A stretch of 48,615 nucleotides of DNA from Dehalococcoidia bacterium (GCA_021296055.1 JAGWBE010000005.1:1-48615); one strand, 5' to 3'. Shown: positions 24,629 through 34,240, counted from the first letter of the stretch. The notes: a model not told the origin generated them from the letters alone. Translations and numbers: made by a program.

Positions 24629-25912
24629 ATGATGTTGGACATAAAGGAACTCGAAGTCACAGGGGGCCGTGGTGGGAACGGCGCCATCTCCTTTCGTCGT
24701 GAGAAGTTCGTGCCGATGGGTGGACCTGACGGCGGAGACGGCGGTGTCGGGGGCGCCGTGCTGGTGCAGGCCGTGCGCTCGCGCCGCACGCTGGCGCACC
24801 TGGCGCGGACGAGCCGAATGAGCGCCGAAGCGGGCGTGGCTGGGCGTGGGAGCAATCGCACGGGGCGGAATGGCAAGAGCCGCACCATCGAGGTGCCGCC
24901 AGGTACGACCGTCTGGGAGTTGGACGACCGTGGCGACCGACGCCTGCTTGCCGACCTAGTCCACGACGGGGAACGCGCTGTCGTTGTGGCGGGGGGCGCC
25001 CCCGGCCGCGGGAACACCCGATTTGCTAGCCCTACGCTACAGGACCCGCTCCTCGCCGAGGCTGGAGAGCCGGGGGAGGAGCGCCGCTTGCTGCTGGAGG
25101 TGCGCCTGATTGCGGACGCGGCCATCGTCGGCGCGCCCAATGCGGGGAAGTCCACGCTGCTGAGTGTTGTGTCCCGCGCCCAGCCGAAGATTGCCGACTA
25201 TCCCTTCACGACGCTTGAGCCTGTGCTTGGCGTTGTGGAGCGCTACGACCGCGCTATCGTCCTACTCGATGTACCGGGCCTCATCGGGGGCGCGTCGGAG
25301 GGCCGCGGTCTGGGCCTCGACTTCCTGCGTCACACCGAACGGTCTCGGCTGCTGATTCATCTCGTAGACGGCCTTGCCGAGAACCTGGCGCAAGAGTTCT
25401 CGGCGGTGGCCGCTGAGCTTGCCGCTCACCATGGCGAGGCCTCTGTGCCTCCGGCCGTGGTTGCCGTCACAAAGCAGGATGTGCCGGAGGCGCAAGAGCG
25501 CTTCGCTGCGCAGCGTGCGGCGCTGGCTGTGGCGGCAGGCCAGGAGGCGTTGGCTGTCTCGGCTGCGACGGGGCAGGGCGTTGAGCGTCTTCTCGATTAT
25601 GTGCTGGAACTTCTTCCCGACGAGCCGTCGGCCCGCGAAAGCCCGCGGCCAACGGCCACGATGCCCGTGGCGGACGCCGGACCCCGACGTGCGCGCGTGC
25701 AGCCCCGGGTGCTACGCGACGGCGAGGCCTTCGTCGTTCACCACCGCCCGGCGGAGCGGATCGCGGCGCTAGTGGATATGGAGAACTGGCGTGCGCGGCT
25801 ACAGTTCCACCAGTGGCTGAACCGCGCCGGCGTGCTCCGCGCCCTCGACGCGCAAGGCGTAGACTCGGGCGACACAGTCCGCATCGGCGGACTCGAACTG
25901 GAGTGGCAGTAG
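24629..25912 (+). CDS. obg: GTPase Obg/CgtA
   Basis: GGRGGNGAISFRREKFVPMGGPDGGDGGVGG glycine-rich Obg fold, GAPNAGKSTLL (G1), DVPGLI (G3), C-terminal OCT-like domain. Confidence 0.93.
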   Translation: MMLDIKELEVTGGRGGNGAISFRREKFVPMGGPDGGDGGVGGAVLVQAVRSRRTLAHLARTSRMSAEAGVAGRGSNRTGRNGKSRTIEVPPGTTVWELDDRGDRRLLADLVHDGERAVVVAGGAPGRGNTRFASPTLQDPLLAEAGEPGEERRLLLEVRLIADAAIVGAPNAGKSTLLSVVSRAQPKIADYPFTTLEPVLGVVERYDRAIVLLDVPGLIGGASEGRGLGLDFLRHTERSRLLIHLVDGLAENLAQEFSAVAAELAAHHGEASVPPAVVAVTKQDVPEAQERFAAQRAALAVAAGQEALAVSAATGQGVERLLDYVLELLPDEPSARESPRPTATMPVADAGPRRARVQPRVLRDGEAFVVHHRPAERIAALVDMENWRARLQFHQWLNRAGVLRALDAQGVDSGDTVRIGGLELEWQ

Positions 25913-26545
25913 GTGCGGCGCGGCATCCTTGGCGGGACATTCGACCCGGTGCACAACGGCCATTTGCGACTGGCCGCCGCCGCGATGGTGGCGCTCGACC
26001 TCGCCGGCGTCTGGTTCCTCCCGGCGGGGCAGCCATGGATGCGCCGCGGCGCTCTTCTCACGAGCCGAGAGGAGCGGAAGAAGATGACGGAACGCGCCAT
26101 TGCCGACAAACCCGGCTTCCACCTACTGACGAACGAACTCGATCGCCCAGGCGACACCTACACCGTGGACACCCTGGAGGAGCTTGCCTGCGACGGATGG
26201 GACGCCGATGAAACCTACTTCATCCTTGGCGCCGATGCGCTCGCGCGAGCGCATCGCTGGAAGAACCCCCGCAGGATTCTCGTGCTGGCGCGCCTGGCGG
26301 TCGCGCCACGCGAAGGGAGCGAGCCGGATGTGTCCGCGCTCGAAGCCGCCGTCCCTGGCGCAACGAAGCGCATCGAGGCGGTGCGAATGGAACCCGTCGC
26401 CGTCAGCGCCAGCGCCCTGCGGGCGAGGGCTGCCGCGGGTGGGTCGCTCCGCGGCAGCGTGCCCGACGCCGTGGCCGACTACGTGGAGGAGACGGAGTTG
26501 TACCGAAGGGGCATATGGGTCGAGACCAAAGGGGTGACCGAATGA
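25913..26545 (+). CDS. nadD: nicotinate-nucleotide adenylyltransferase
   Basis: GILGGTFDPVHNGHL (T/HxGH motif). GTG immediately after the obg TAG. Confidence 0.88.
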   Translation: MRRGILGGTFDPVHNGHLRLAAAAMVALDLAGVWFLPAGQPWMRRGALLTSREERKKMTERAIADKPGFHLLTNELDRPGDTYTVDTLEELACDGWDADETYFILGADALARAHRWKNPRRILVLARLAVAPREGSEPDVSALEAAVPGATKRIEAVRMEPVAVSASALRARAAAGGSLRGSVPDAVADYVEETELYRRGIWVETKGVTE

Positions 26546-27123
26546 CGCAGACAAGCGCGCCCAGGGAGTTGGCGGAGCGGATCAAGGAGGCGGCGCTGGA
26601 GGTGGGCGCGCTCACTTTCGGCGACTTCGTCCTCGCCTCCGGCCAGCGCAGCGCTTACTACTTCGACGGGCGGATGCTCACGCTCTCGGCGCGCGGCGCG
26701 GCGATGGTGGCGCGGGCGCTCCTGCCCGCCGTGCGCGCTTCCGGCGCCGAGGCCATTGGCGGGCCGACGCTCGGCGCCGACCCTATGGTCGCTTCCGTCT
26801 CGATGCTCAGCGCAATGGACGGCGGCCCGCCGCTCGACGCCTTCATCGTGCGCAAGGGGGAGAAAGACCACGGCACCGGCAAGCTCATCGAGGGGCCGCT
26901 GGCGCCAGAGGCGAAAGTAGCCATCGTGGACGACGCCTGCTCGACGGGCGGCAGTCTGATTCACGCGGTGGACGCCGCCGAGGCGGCGGGGCACAAGGTG
27001 GCGCTGGTGGCGTGCATCCTGGACCGCAACCAGGGCGGCGGCGACTACTTCCGTGAGCGCGGCTATCCCTTCGCCGCGCTGCTGTCCGCCGACGCGGACG
27101 GGAACATCTCGGTCGCGAGCTAG
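26542..27123 (+). CDS. pyrE: orotate phosphoribosyltransferase
   Basis: ATGA overlap with the nadD stop. FGDFVLASGQRSAYYFD, VAIVDDACSTGGSL PRPP-binding motif. Confidence 0.9.
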   Translation: MTQTSAPRELAERIKEAALEVGALTFGDFVLASGQRSAYYFDGRMLTLSARGAAMVARALLPAVRASGAEAIGGPTLGADPMVASVSMLSAMDGGPPLDAFIVRKGEKDHGTGKLIEGPLAPEAKVAIVDDACSTGGSLIHAVDAAEAAGHKVALVACILDRNQGGGDYFRERGYPFAALLSADADGNISVAS

Positions 27124-29528
27124 ACGTCCAGGTTCTGCACCTGGCGCGCGTGGGCGGTGATGAACTCCTTGCGCGGCGCCACCACGTCGCCCATCAGCGT
27201 GTTGAACGTCTCGTCGGCGCGGGCGGCATCCTCGATGGAGACCTGGAGCAGCGTCCGCGCCTCCGGATCCATCGTCGTCTCCCACAGCTGTTCCGCGTTC
27301 ATCTCGCCCAGCCCCTTGTAGCGCTGGATGCTGATGCCTTGGCGATCGGCAGCGCGCTCGACGGCGGCGGCCAGTTCGTGCCACGGCACGCCCTCGGCCT
27401 GCACCGCGTCCCGCCTGACGACGCGAAAGGTGTGCCCGTTAACCCACTTGGCAATGGGGGCGATGGCGCTCTTGGCGCGGTGCAGGGCGGGCGACTCGAA
27501 GAGACGCTTGACGTCGATGGCGCCGTGCTCTTCGACGATCAAGCGGTACTCGTCGGCATCCACGTCCACCTCCGCCTGGCAGGCGAAGCCCGCCTCCTCC
27601 AGGCACTCCTGAAGCGCGTTGACGGTGGCCGAGCCGTCTAATATCAGACGAAACCATTGGTCGTGCGCGCCCTTCACGATTGCGCCCGCCAGCTCTTGCG
27701 CGACGCCCAGCGGCGCCAGGGAGGCCGTCCACCCCTGGAACTCGCGCAGGGCGCCGACCAACGCTTGCAGCTCCGGCCCTCCCACCGTCAGCGCCCCGTC
27801 CTCCGAGGACACCGTCAAGCGCCCGTAGAGCTGGTTGGCGAGCCAGGAGTCCTTGGCCGCCTCGTCGAACTGGTACTGGACGGCACGGCCTTTGGCGGTG
27901 CGGTAGAGGGGCGGTTGCGCGATGTAGAGGTAGCCGCCGTCGATGAGCGGGCGCATGTTTCGGAAGAAGAAGGTGAGCAGCAGCGTGCGGATGTGCGCCC
28001 CGTCCACGTCGGCGTCGGTCATGATGATGACCTTGTGGTAGCGCAGCTTGGTCAGGTTGAAGTCCTCGCCGATGTTCGCCCCGATGGCGGTGATGAGCGT
28101 GCGGATGGAGTCGTGCGCCAACATCTGGTCGAACCGCGCCTTCTCCACGTTCAGAATCTTGCCCCGCAGCGGCAGGATGGCCTGGATGCGCCGGTCGCGC
28201 CCCATCTTGGCCGAGCCGCCCGCCGATTCCCCCTCCACCACGAACAGCTCCGCCAGCTCGGGGTTGCGCTCAGAGCAGTCGGCCAGCTTGCCCGGGAGGG
28301 AGCCGCCGTCCATGGCGTTCTTGCGGATCACAAGGTCGCGCGCCTTGCGGGCAGCCTCGCGGGCGCGCTGCGCCGTCAGGCACTTGTCGATGATGCGCTG
28401 CGCTTCGCGAGGGTGCTCCTCCAGGTAGAACTCCAGTTGCTGCACCACCACCTGCTCGACCTGCGTCTTCGTCTCCGCGTTGCCGAGCTTGCCCTTGGTC
28501 TGCCCCTCGAACTGCGGCTCCTCCAAACGGACGCTGATGATAGCCGTGAGACCCTCGCGGACATCCTCGCCGGAGAGGTTGGCCGAATCGCCGTTGAGCA
28601 GCTTGTTCTTGCGGGCGTAGCTGTTGATGGCGCGGGTCAGGCCGGTGCGGAAGCCGACCAGGTGCGAGCCGCCGTCCGCCGTGTTGATGCAGTTGGCGAA
28701 GGCGAGCGTGCTCTCGTAGAAGCCCCCGTTGTATTGCAGCGCCACCTCAACCATTGTCGCGTCAACTTCCTGCTCCGTGTAGAAGGGGTCCTCTTGGAGC
28801 ACCTCGCGGTTGTGGTTCAGGTGCTTGACGAACGAGGCGATGCCCCCCTCGAAGTAGAAAGTCCGGTCGTCCATCGGCTGCTCTTCGGACAGCATCGATA
28901 TCCAGATGCCCTTGTTCAGGAAGGCCATCTCACGGAAGCGCTTGCGCAGGGTCTCTCGCTCCATCACCACTGAGTCGAAGACCTGCGTGTCCGGCCGGAA
29001 GGTCACCGTCGTCCCGCGCGCCTCGCCCGGCTCCATCTCGCGCTCGTCGCGCACCTCGCCCGTGGGGATGCCGCGCTCATACTCCTGCGAGTAGACGCGC
29101 CCGTCGCGCCGCACTTCGAGGCGCATCCACTCGGAGAGGGCGTTGACGACGGACGCGCCGACGCCGTGGAGGCCGCCGGAGACCTTGTAGGCGCCGCCGC
29201 CGAACTTCCCGCCGGCGTGCAGCGTCGTCATGATGGTCTCGAGCGCTGACTTGCCGGTTACGGCATGGAGGTCGACGGGGATGCCGCGCCCGTTGTCGGT
29301 AACGCGCACCGTGTTGTCCGCCAGCAACTCCACCACCACGCGGTCGCAGTAGCCGGCCATGGCTTCGTCGATGGCGTTGTCCACCACCTCTTGCACCAGG
29401 TGATGCAGGCCCCGGTGGTCGGTGCTGCCGATGTACATGCCGGGGCGCTTTCGCACCGCCTCCAGTCCTTCCAGCACCTGGATGTCGGAGGCGGTGTAGC
29501 CCTGGACCGTCTTCTGGGTGACTACCAT
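27120..29528 (-). CDS. gyrB: DNA gyrase subunit B (long form with ~165-aa insertion in the Toprim/tail region)
   Basis: GLHHLVQEVVDNAIDEA, VVEGESAGGSAKMGRDR, IMTDADVDGAHI, QRYKGLGEMNAEQLWETTMDP. The insertion lies between YIAQPPLYR and ISIQRYKGLGEM. Confidence 0.95.
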   Translation of the reverse strand: MVVTQKTVQGYTASDIQVLEGLEAVRKRPGMYIGSTDHRGLHHLVQEVVDNAIDEAMAGYCDRVVVELLADNTVRVTDNGRGIPVDLHAVTGKSALETIMTTLHAGGKFGGGAYKVSGGLHGVGASVVNALSEWMRLEVRRDGRVYSQEYERGIPTGEVRDEREMEPGEARGTTVTFRPDTQVFDSVVMERETLRKRFREMAFLNKGIWISMLSEEQPMDDRTFYFEGGIASFVKHLNHNREVLQEDPFYTEQEVDATMVEVALQYNGGFYESTLAFANCINTADGGSHLVGFRTGLTRAINSYARKNKLLNGDSANLSGEDVREGLTAIISVRLEEPQFEGQTKGKLGNAETKTQVEQVVVQQLEFYLEEHPREAQRIIDKCLTAQRAREAARKARDLVIRKNAMDGGSLPGKLADCSERNPELAELFVVEGESAGGSAKMGRDRRIQAILPLRGKILNVEKARFDQMLAHDSIRTLITAIGANIGEDFNLTKLRYHKVIIMTDADVDGAHIRTLLLTFFFRNMRPLIDGGYLYIAQPPLYRTAKGRAVQYQFDEAAKDSWLANQLYGRLTVSSEDGALTVGGPELQALVGALREFQGWTASLAPLGVAQELAGAIVKGAHDQWFRLILDGSATVNALQECLEEAGFACQAEVDVDADEYRLIVEEHGAIDVKRLFESPALHRAKSAIAPIAKWVNGHTFRVVRRDAVQAEGVPWHELAAAVERAADRQGISIQRYKGLGEMNAEQLWETTMDPEARTLLQVSIEDAARADETFNTLMGDVVAPRKEFITAHARQVQNLDV

Positions 29529-29720
29529 GGGGCCGATCGGCTCTCCTTGGGGGAGGGGAAGGATGGCTGCTTTAGCGCCTAGTGGTCGGCGCGCGGGCCT
29601 TGCCCGGCTGTGGCCGCTCTTCCCGCATCCGAGATGCGCCGGTGGGCGCTAGAGGCAGTTTACCTGCTGCGCGCCCGTGGGCATAGCCGCTTACGGCGCG
29701 GCTAGGGGCTAATTCTGCCC

Positions 29721-29749
29721 TTGACGCGCGGTTGCGGCGTAGGCAGTAT
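29721..29749 (+). promoter_or_regulatory. sigma70-like promoter of cmk-plsC
   Basis: TTGACG (29721-29726), 17 nt, CAGTAT (29744-29749). This places the TTG 29732 track start inside the promoter. Confidence 0.45.
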
Positions 29750-29761
29750 GCGCCCGCCGCC

Positions 29762-30394
29762 GTGCCCGCTCCTCCTGCCATAGCCATCGACGGACCCGCC
29801 GCATCCGGCAAGACCACCGTTGGCCGAGCCTTGGCCGCCAGGCTAGGCTGCCGATTTGTGGATACGGGCCTTATGTACCGCGCCGTAACTGGCCTAGCCC
29901 TCGCGCAGGGCGTGCCCCTGGACGACGACAAGGCCCTTGCGCGGCTGGCCGAGCGCGCGCGGATCGACCCCGGCGATCGCGTACTCGCCAACGACGCCGA
30001 CGTAACGGACGGCCTGTGGAGCGTCGAGGTGGAGCGCAACGTTTCCCGCGTTTCCGCCGTGCCGGGCGTGCGCCGCGCGCTGGTCGCCCAACAGCGCCGC
30101 CTCGCCGAGCGGGGCGTGGTGATGGTGGGGCGGGACATCGGCTCGGTCGTCCTGCCGGGCGCGGCCAAGGTCTACCTCGACGCCTCCGTGGGGGAGCGCG
30201 CTCGCCGCCGCGCCGCGGAGACAGGCATGCCGGACGAGGAGCAAGTGCGCGCCGAGCTGGAGCGCCGCGACCGCCTGGACAGCGAACGCGGCGATTCGCC
30301 GCTGCGCGTTCCCGATGGCGCGGTCATCGTCGATACCGACGGCCTCGACATCGACGGCGTGGTCGCCGCCGTACTCGAAGCGCTGGGGAGGTAG
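29762..30394 (+). CDS. cmk: cytidylate kinase
   Basis: IAIDGPAASGKTTVGRALA P-loop, FVDTGLMYRA. GTG 29762 preferred over TTG 29732 because of the promoter; it has a very short leader. Confidence 0.85.
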   Translation: MPAPPAIAIDGPAASGKTTVGRALAARLGCRFVDTGLMYRAVTGLALAQGVPLDDDKALARLAERARIDPGDRVLANDADVTDGLWSVEVERNVSRVSAVPGVRRALVAQQRRLAERGVVMVGRDIGSVVLPGAAKVYLDASVGERARRRAAETGMPDEEQVRAELERRDRLDSERGDSPLRVPDGAVIVDTDGLDIDGVVAAVLEALGR

Positions 30395-30400
30395 GCGGGC

Positions 30401-31060
30401 ATGCTGCGCGACGGGTGGTACAAGGCGGCCAAGCTGCTCGCCCGCGTGATGATGCCCACTTTCGGGCGCATCGAGGTGGAGGGCGCGGAGAACGTGCCGC
30501 CCTTCGGCCCGCTCATCATCGCCTCGAATCACCAGTCCAACGCCGATCCGCCCGTGCTGGTCTACGCCTTTCCGCGCCCTATCTGGTTCGTGGCCAAACG
30601 TGGCCTCTTCATCACCCCTCCCATGCGCTACATCTTGCGCCGTCTGCACGCTTACCCGGTCGACCGCGACGGGCGCGATCTTGACGCAGTGAGGTGGGCG
30701 ATGGAGCAGGCGGCCAAAGACCGCGCGCTGCTCGTCTTCCCCGAGGGGACGCGCAGTCCGGGCGCGCTCGCCCCCGGGGGCGACGGCCTCGCCTACATGG
30801 CGCTCCGCACTCAAGCGCCTATCATCCCCGTCGGGATCACCGGCACGGAGCGCATCAACAACTACGTGCGCGTCGCCTTTCCCTTCACCAGGGTCAAGGT
30901 GACCATCGGCGAGGCGTTCACGCTCCCTGTGGTGGAAGGGCGGCTACCGCGGGCAGCGCTCCATTCGATGACGGAGACGATTATGGAGCGCATCGCTGCG
31001 CTGCTGCCGCCGGCCTATAGGGGCGTGTATGGGACGGAGCGCCGCTCGCCCGGCGCTTGA
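30401..31060 (+). CDS. plsC: 1-acyl-sn-glycerol-3-phosphate acyltransferase
   Basis: NHQSNADP (HX4D), FPEGTRS and VGITG motifs. Confidence 0.88.
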   Translation: MLRDGWYKAAKLLARVMMPTFGRIEVEGAENVPPFGPLIIASNHQSNADPPVLVYAFPRPIWFVAKRGLFITPPMRYILRRLHAYPVDRDGRDLDAVRWAMEQAAKDRALLVFPEGTRSPGALAPGGDGLAYMALRTQAPIIPVGITGTERINNYVRVAFPFTRVKVTIGEAFTLPVVEGRLPRAALHSMTETIMERIAALLPPAYRGVYGTERRSPGA

Positions 31061-31134
31061 GCCCTCACCGTCAGCGCCGCGCCCTAGCCCCACTTGCGCG
31101 TGACGGCGGCGGTGCGCGCGACGAAACCTAGCAG

Positions 31135-31143
31135 TGCTATACT
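31135..31143 (+). promoter_or_regulatory. extended -10 promoter element upstream of ppdK
   Basis: TGcTATACT (31135-31143) with no good -35. Followed by a ~100-nt GC-rich structured leader and GGAGGAGG SD. Confidence 0.4.
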
Positions 31144-31252
31144 CGCCCTTCGGCGCTTCGGGCCTTGGCGCGTTTGGCCCGGCGCCCCGGCGCGAACTCG
31201 GCCCGTTCGGGCGGGCGCCGCGCCGCGTCAGCAACGGAGGAGGACGAGGCGA

Positions 31253-34066
31253 ATGGCCACGGTTACCGGCGGCAAGCTGGTGTATCGCCTTGCCGAAGGC
31301 AGCGCCGCTATGGCGCACCTGCTCGGCTCCAAGGGGGCGCACGCCAGCGAGATGGCGCGCATCGGCGTGCCCGTGCCCGACGGATTCGTCATCACCACCA
31401 CCGCCTGCCGCGAGTACCTCCGCCTCCATCGCCTCCCCGACGGTCTGTGGGAGGCCATCGTCGAGAACGTCCACGCCCTCGAACGCGGCGCCAAGCGCGG
31501 CTTCGGCGACCCGAACGAACCCCTCGTCGTCTCCGTCCGCTCCGGCGCCGCCGTCTCCATGCCCGGGATGATGGACACCATCCTCGACATGGGCGTTACG
31601 GACGACACGTGGCGCGGGCTGGCCGCGATGATGGGCGACGAGCGCCCCGCCCTCGACGCCTACCGGCGCTTCATCCAGGGCTTCGGCGGTGTGGTGCTCG
31701 GCATCGACCGCGCCCGCTTCGAGGAGCGCCTTGAGGCCGCCAAGGCTGAGCGCGGCCTGACCTTCGACTACGAACTCCCGCCCGACGCCCTCCATGCCCT
31801 CATCGCCAACTTCAAGCAGGTCATCGTCGACGCCACGGGCGCGCCGCTGTCCGGCGACCCGTGGACGCTGCTGCGCCAGGCGGTGGAGGCCGTCTTCGCC
31901 TCGTGGAACAACCCGCGCGCCATCACCTACCGCGACTTCCACGGCATCTCGCACGACCTGGGCACCGGCTGCGTGATTATGGCCATGGTGTTCGGCAACT
32001 TGGGTCTCGACAGCGGCACCGGCGTTCTCTTCACCCGCTCCCCCGCCACCGGCGAGCGCACGCTCTACGGCGAGTTCCTGACCAACGCCCAGGGCGAGGA
32101 CGTGGTCGCCGGGGTTCGCACGCCCGCGCGCATCGCGCAGCTCCGCGACGACATGCCTGATGTCTACGCGCAGGTCGAGGAGACGGCGCGCAAGCTGGAG
32201 GGGCACTATCGCGACGTGCAGGACATCGAGTTCACCGTCGAGCGCGGCAAGCTCTACATCCTCCAGACGCGCGGCGCCAAGCGCACCGCGCACGCAGCAG
32301 TCAAGATCGCCGTCGACCTTGAGGCGGAGGGTGTGCTGAGCCGCAGCGAGGCGGTCGGGCGCATCGACGCGGAGGAGGTGACGCAAGTGCTGATGCCGCG
32401 CTTCGACTCCGCCGCAAAGGCGGAGGCCGTCGCCGCAGGCCGCCTCTTCGCCGAGGGCGTCGCCGGATCGCCGGGCGCGGCCTCCGGCGCGGCCGTCTTC
32501 GACCCTGACCGCGCCGTCGAGCTGGCCGGCCAGGGCTTCAAAGTCATCCTCGTTCGCCACGAGACCAGCCCCGACGACGTGCACGGCATCATCCGCGCCG
32601 AGGGCGTGCTGACGGCGAAGGGCGGAATGACCAGCCACGCCGCCGTCGTAACGCGCGGCCTTGGCAAACCCGCGGTCGTCGGCTGCGAGGAGCTGGGCTT
32701 TGAGAACGGCTCCGTCTTCGCGCGCGGCCACGTCTTGACCGAGGGCGACATGATGAGCATCGACGGCGCGACCGGTGAGGTGCTCGTGGGCGAGGTGTCC
32801 GCCAGGGCGCCCGAACCCGACGAGCTGGGCGACCTCAATACGCTGCTCGCCTGGGCCGACGACCTGCGCCGCCTCCGGGTGTGGGCCAACGCCGACGCCC
32901 CGGACGACGCGCGCCGCGCCCGCGCCAACGGCGCGCAGGGCATCGGCCTATGCCGCACCGAGCATATGTTCTTCGACCCTGAGCGCCTGCCCCACGTCCA
33001 GCGCATGCTCAGCGTCGGCCCTCAGGCGTCGCGCTTGGAGCGCGAGGCCGCCGCACTGCGCGAGCAGCTGGTCCAGGCGCCCGCGTCGGGCCGCGCCGCC
33101 CTCGCCGAGCGCCTCGCCGCCGCCGAGGAGCAGGTGCGCGGCGCGGAGTCCGTGCGCCAATTCCACGCAGAGCTCGCCAAGCTGGAGGAGTACCAGAGGG
33201 ACGACTTCTACGGCATCCTCAAAGCAATGGCGGGCCTGCCCGTCGTCATCCGCCTCCTCGACGCTCCTCTCCACGAGTTCTTGCCCCACTACGACGAACT
33301 AGTAGCGGAGACGGCGGCGCTCGCCCACGGCGGCGCCGACCCGGACGCCCTCGCCGACAAGCGGCGGACGCTGGAGCTGGTGGAGGCGCTGCGCGAGAGC
33401 AACCCCATGCTCGGCCACCGGGGTGTCCGCGTCGGCATCACCATGCCGGAGGTCTACGACATGCAGGTGCGCGCCATCTTCGGCGCCGCCGCCCGCCTCG
33501 CCCAGGAGGGCGTGGCCGCCCTGCCCGAGGTGATGATTCCCATCGTCTCCCACGTCAATGAGCTGCGGAGGCTCAAGCCCCGTCTGGCGGAGGTCGCCCG
33601 CGCAACACTGGAGGAGGCCGGCGCCAGCCTCGAGTTCCGCTTCGGCACGATGATCGAGGTGCCCCGCGCCGCCCTTACCGCGGGCGAGATAGCCAAAGAC
33701 GCCGCCTTCTTCTCCTTCGGCTCCAACGACCTGACCCAGATGACCTTCGCCTACAGCCGCGACGACGCCGAGGCCAAGTTCCTCCGCCATTACACCGAGA
33801 CGGAAGTGCTGCCCTGGAACCCCTTCGAGAGCCTCGACACCAACGGCGTAGGCCGCCTGATGCGCCTGGCCGCGGACGAAGGGCGCGCGGAGAACGCCGC
33901 CCTGATGGTGGGCATCTGCGGCGAGCACGGCGGCGACCCGCGCAGCGTCGCCTTCTGCCACGAACTGGGTCTCGACTACGTCTCCTGCTCCCCCTTCCGC
34001 GTCCCTGTCGCCCGCCTTGCCGCCGCCCAGAGCGCCCTCGGCCAACTCGTCCCCAGGACGGGGTAG
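31253..34066 (+). CDS. ppdK: pyruvate, phosphate dikinase
   Basis: LLGSKGAHASEMARIGVPVPDGFVITT, GGMTSHAAVVTRGLGKPAVVG (catalytic His), GICGEHGGDP. ATG 31253 has GGAGGAGG upstream; the track start at 31094 adds an Arg-rich artefact. Confidence 0.93.
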   Translation: MATVTGGKLVYRLAEGSAAMAHLLGSKGAHASEMARIGVPVPDGFVITTTACREYLRLHRLPDGLWEAIVENVHALERGAKRGFGDPNEPLVVSVRSGAAVSMPGMMDTILDMGVTDDTWRGLAAMMGDERPALDAYRRFIQGFGGVVLGIDRARFEERLEAAKAERGLTFDYELPPDALHALIANFKQVIVDATGAPLSGDPWTLLRQAVEAVFASWNNPRAITYRDFHGISHDLGTGCVIMAMVFGNLGLDSGTGVLFTRSPATGERTLYGEFLTNAQGEDVVAGVRTPARIAQLRDDMPDVYAQVEETARKLEGHYRDVQDIEFTVERGKLYILQTRGAKRTAHAAVKIAVDLEAEGVLSRSEAVGRIDAEEVTQVLMPRFDSAAKAEAVAAGRLFAEGVAGSPGAASGAAVFDPDRAVELAGQGFKVILVRHETSPDDVHGIIRAEGVLTAKGGMTSHAAVVTRGLGKPAVVGCEELGFENGSVFARGHVLTEGDMMSIDGATGEVLVGEVSARAPEPDELGDLNTLLAWADDLRRLRVWANADAPDDARRARANGAQGIGLCRTEHMFFDPERLPHVQRMLSVGPQASRLEREAAALREQLVQAPASGRAALAERLAAAEEQVRGAESVRQFHAELAKLEEYQRDDFYGILKAMAGLPVVIRLLDAPLHEFLPHYDELVAETAALAHGGADPDALADKRRTLELVEALRESNPMLGHRGVRVGITMPEVYDMQVRAIFGAAARLAQEGVAALPEVMIPIVSHVNELRRLKPRLAEVARATLEEAGASLEFRFGTMIEVPRAALTAGEIAKDAAFFSFGSNDLTQMTFAYSRDDAEAKFLRHYTETEVLPWNPFESLDTNGVGRLMRLAADEGRAENAALMVGICGEHGGDPRSVAFCHELGLDYVSCSPFRVPVARLAAAQSALGQLVPRTG

Positions 34067-34107
34067 TTCCGCCGTCCAGCATGCGCCGCCGAAAGATGCG
34101 CGTGTAT

Positions 34108-34123
34108 GCGTGCAATTGCACGC
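34108..34123. promoter_or_regulatory. perfect 16-bp palindrome GCGTGCAATTGCACGC upstream of the glnA promoter
   Basis: Seen directly; centred about 50 nt upstream of the -35 hexamer. Confidence 0.4.
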
Positions 34124-34160
34124 CGCTCCACGGCCATTGGTGAGAGCATTCACAAACTTA

Positions 34161-34189
34161 GTTGACTTGCTTTCACAATTCGCCTATCA
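34161..34189 (+). promoter_or_regulatory. sigma70-like promoter of glnA-gltB
   Basis: TTGACT (34161-34166), 17 nt, TATCAT (34184-34189). TTCACAA direct repeat at 34148-34154 and 34171-34177 flanks the -35. Confidence 0.6.
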
Positions 34190-34240
34190 TTCTTGTCCGG
34201 CGTCGGGCAGCGGCGCCATTCTGCTTTCTAGCGGCAACCT

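Noticed and set aside
27120-27123. Overlapping stop codons of convergent genes (pyrE/gyrB CTAG; also NYN/MFS at 42972-42975)
   Set aside because: This is real but is a trivial consequence of compact gene packing. It is noted only because it leaves no room for terminators between the convergent genes.
30944-32731. 595-aa antisense ORF across ppdK, and similar long ORFs (46623-48011, 40177-41544, 36876-38084, 38578-40035, 15607-16830)
   Set aside because: All are antisense or off-frame to genes with strong family motifs and have Arg/Gly/Ala/Pro-dominated composition without motifs. Such ORFs are expected by chance in very GC-rich DNA.
34190-34240. Glutamine riboswitch / glnA RNA motif in the glnA leader
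   Set aside because: The predicted leader is only ~45 nt, with no recognisable conserved structure.
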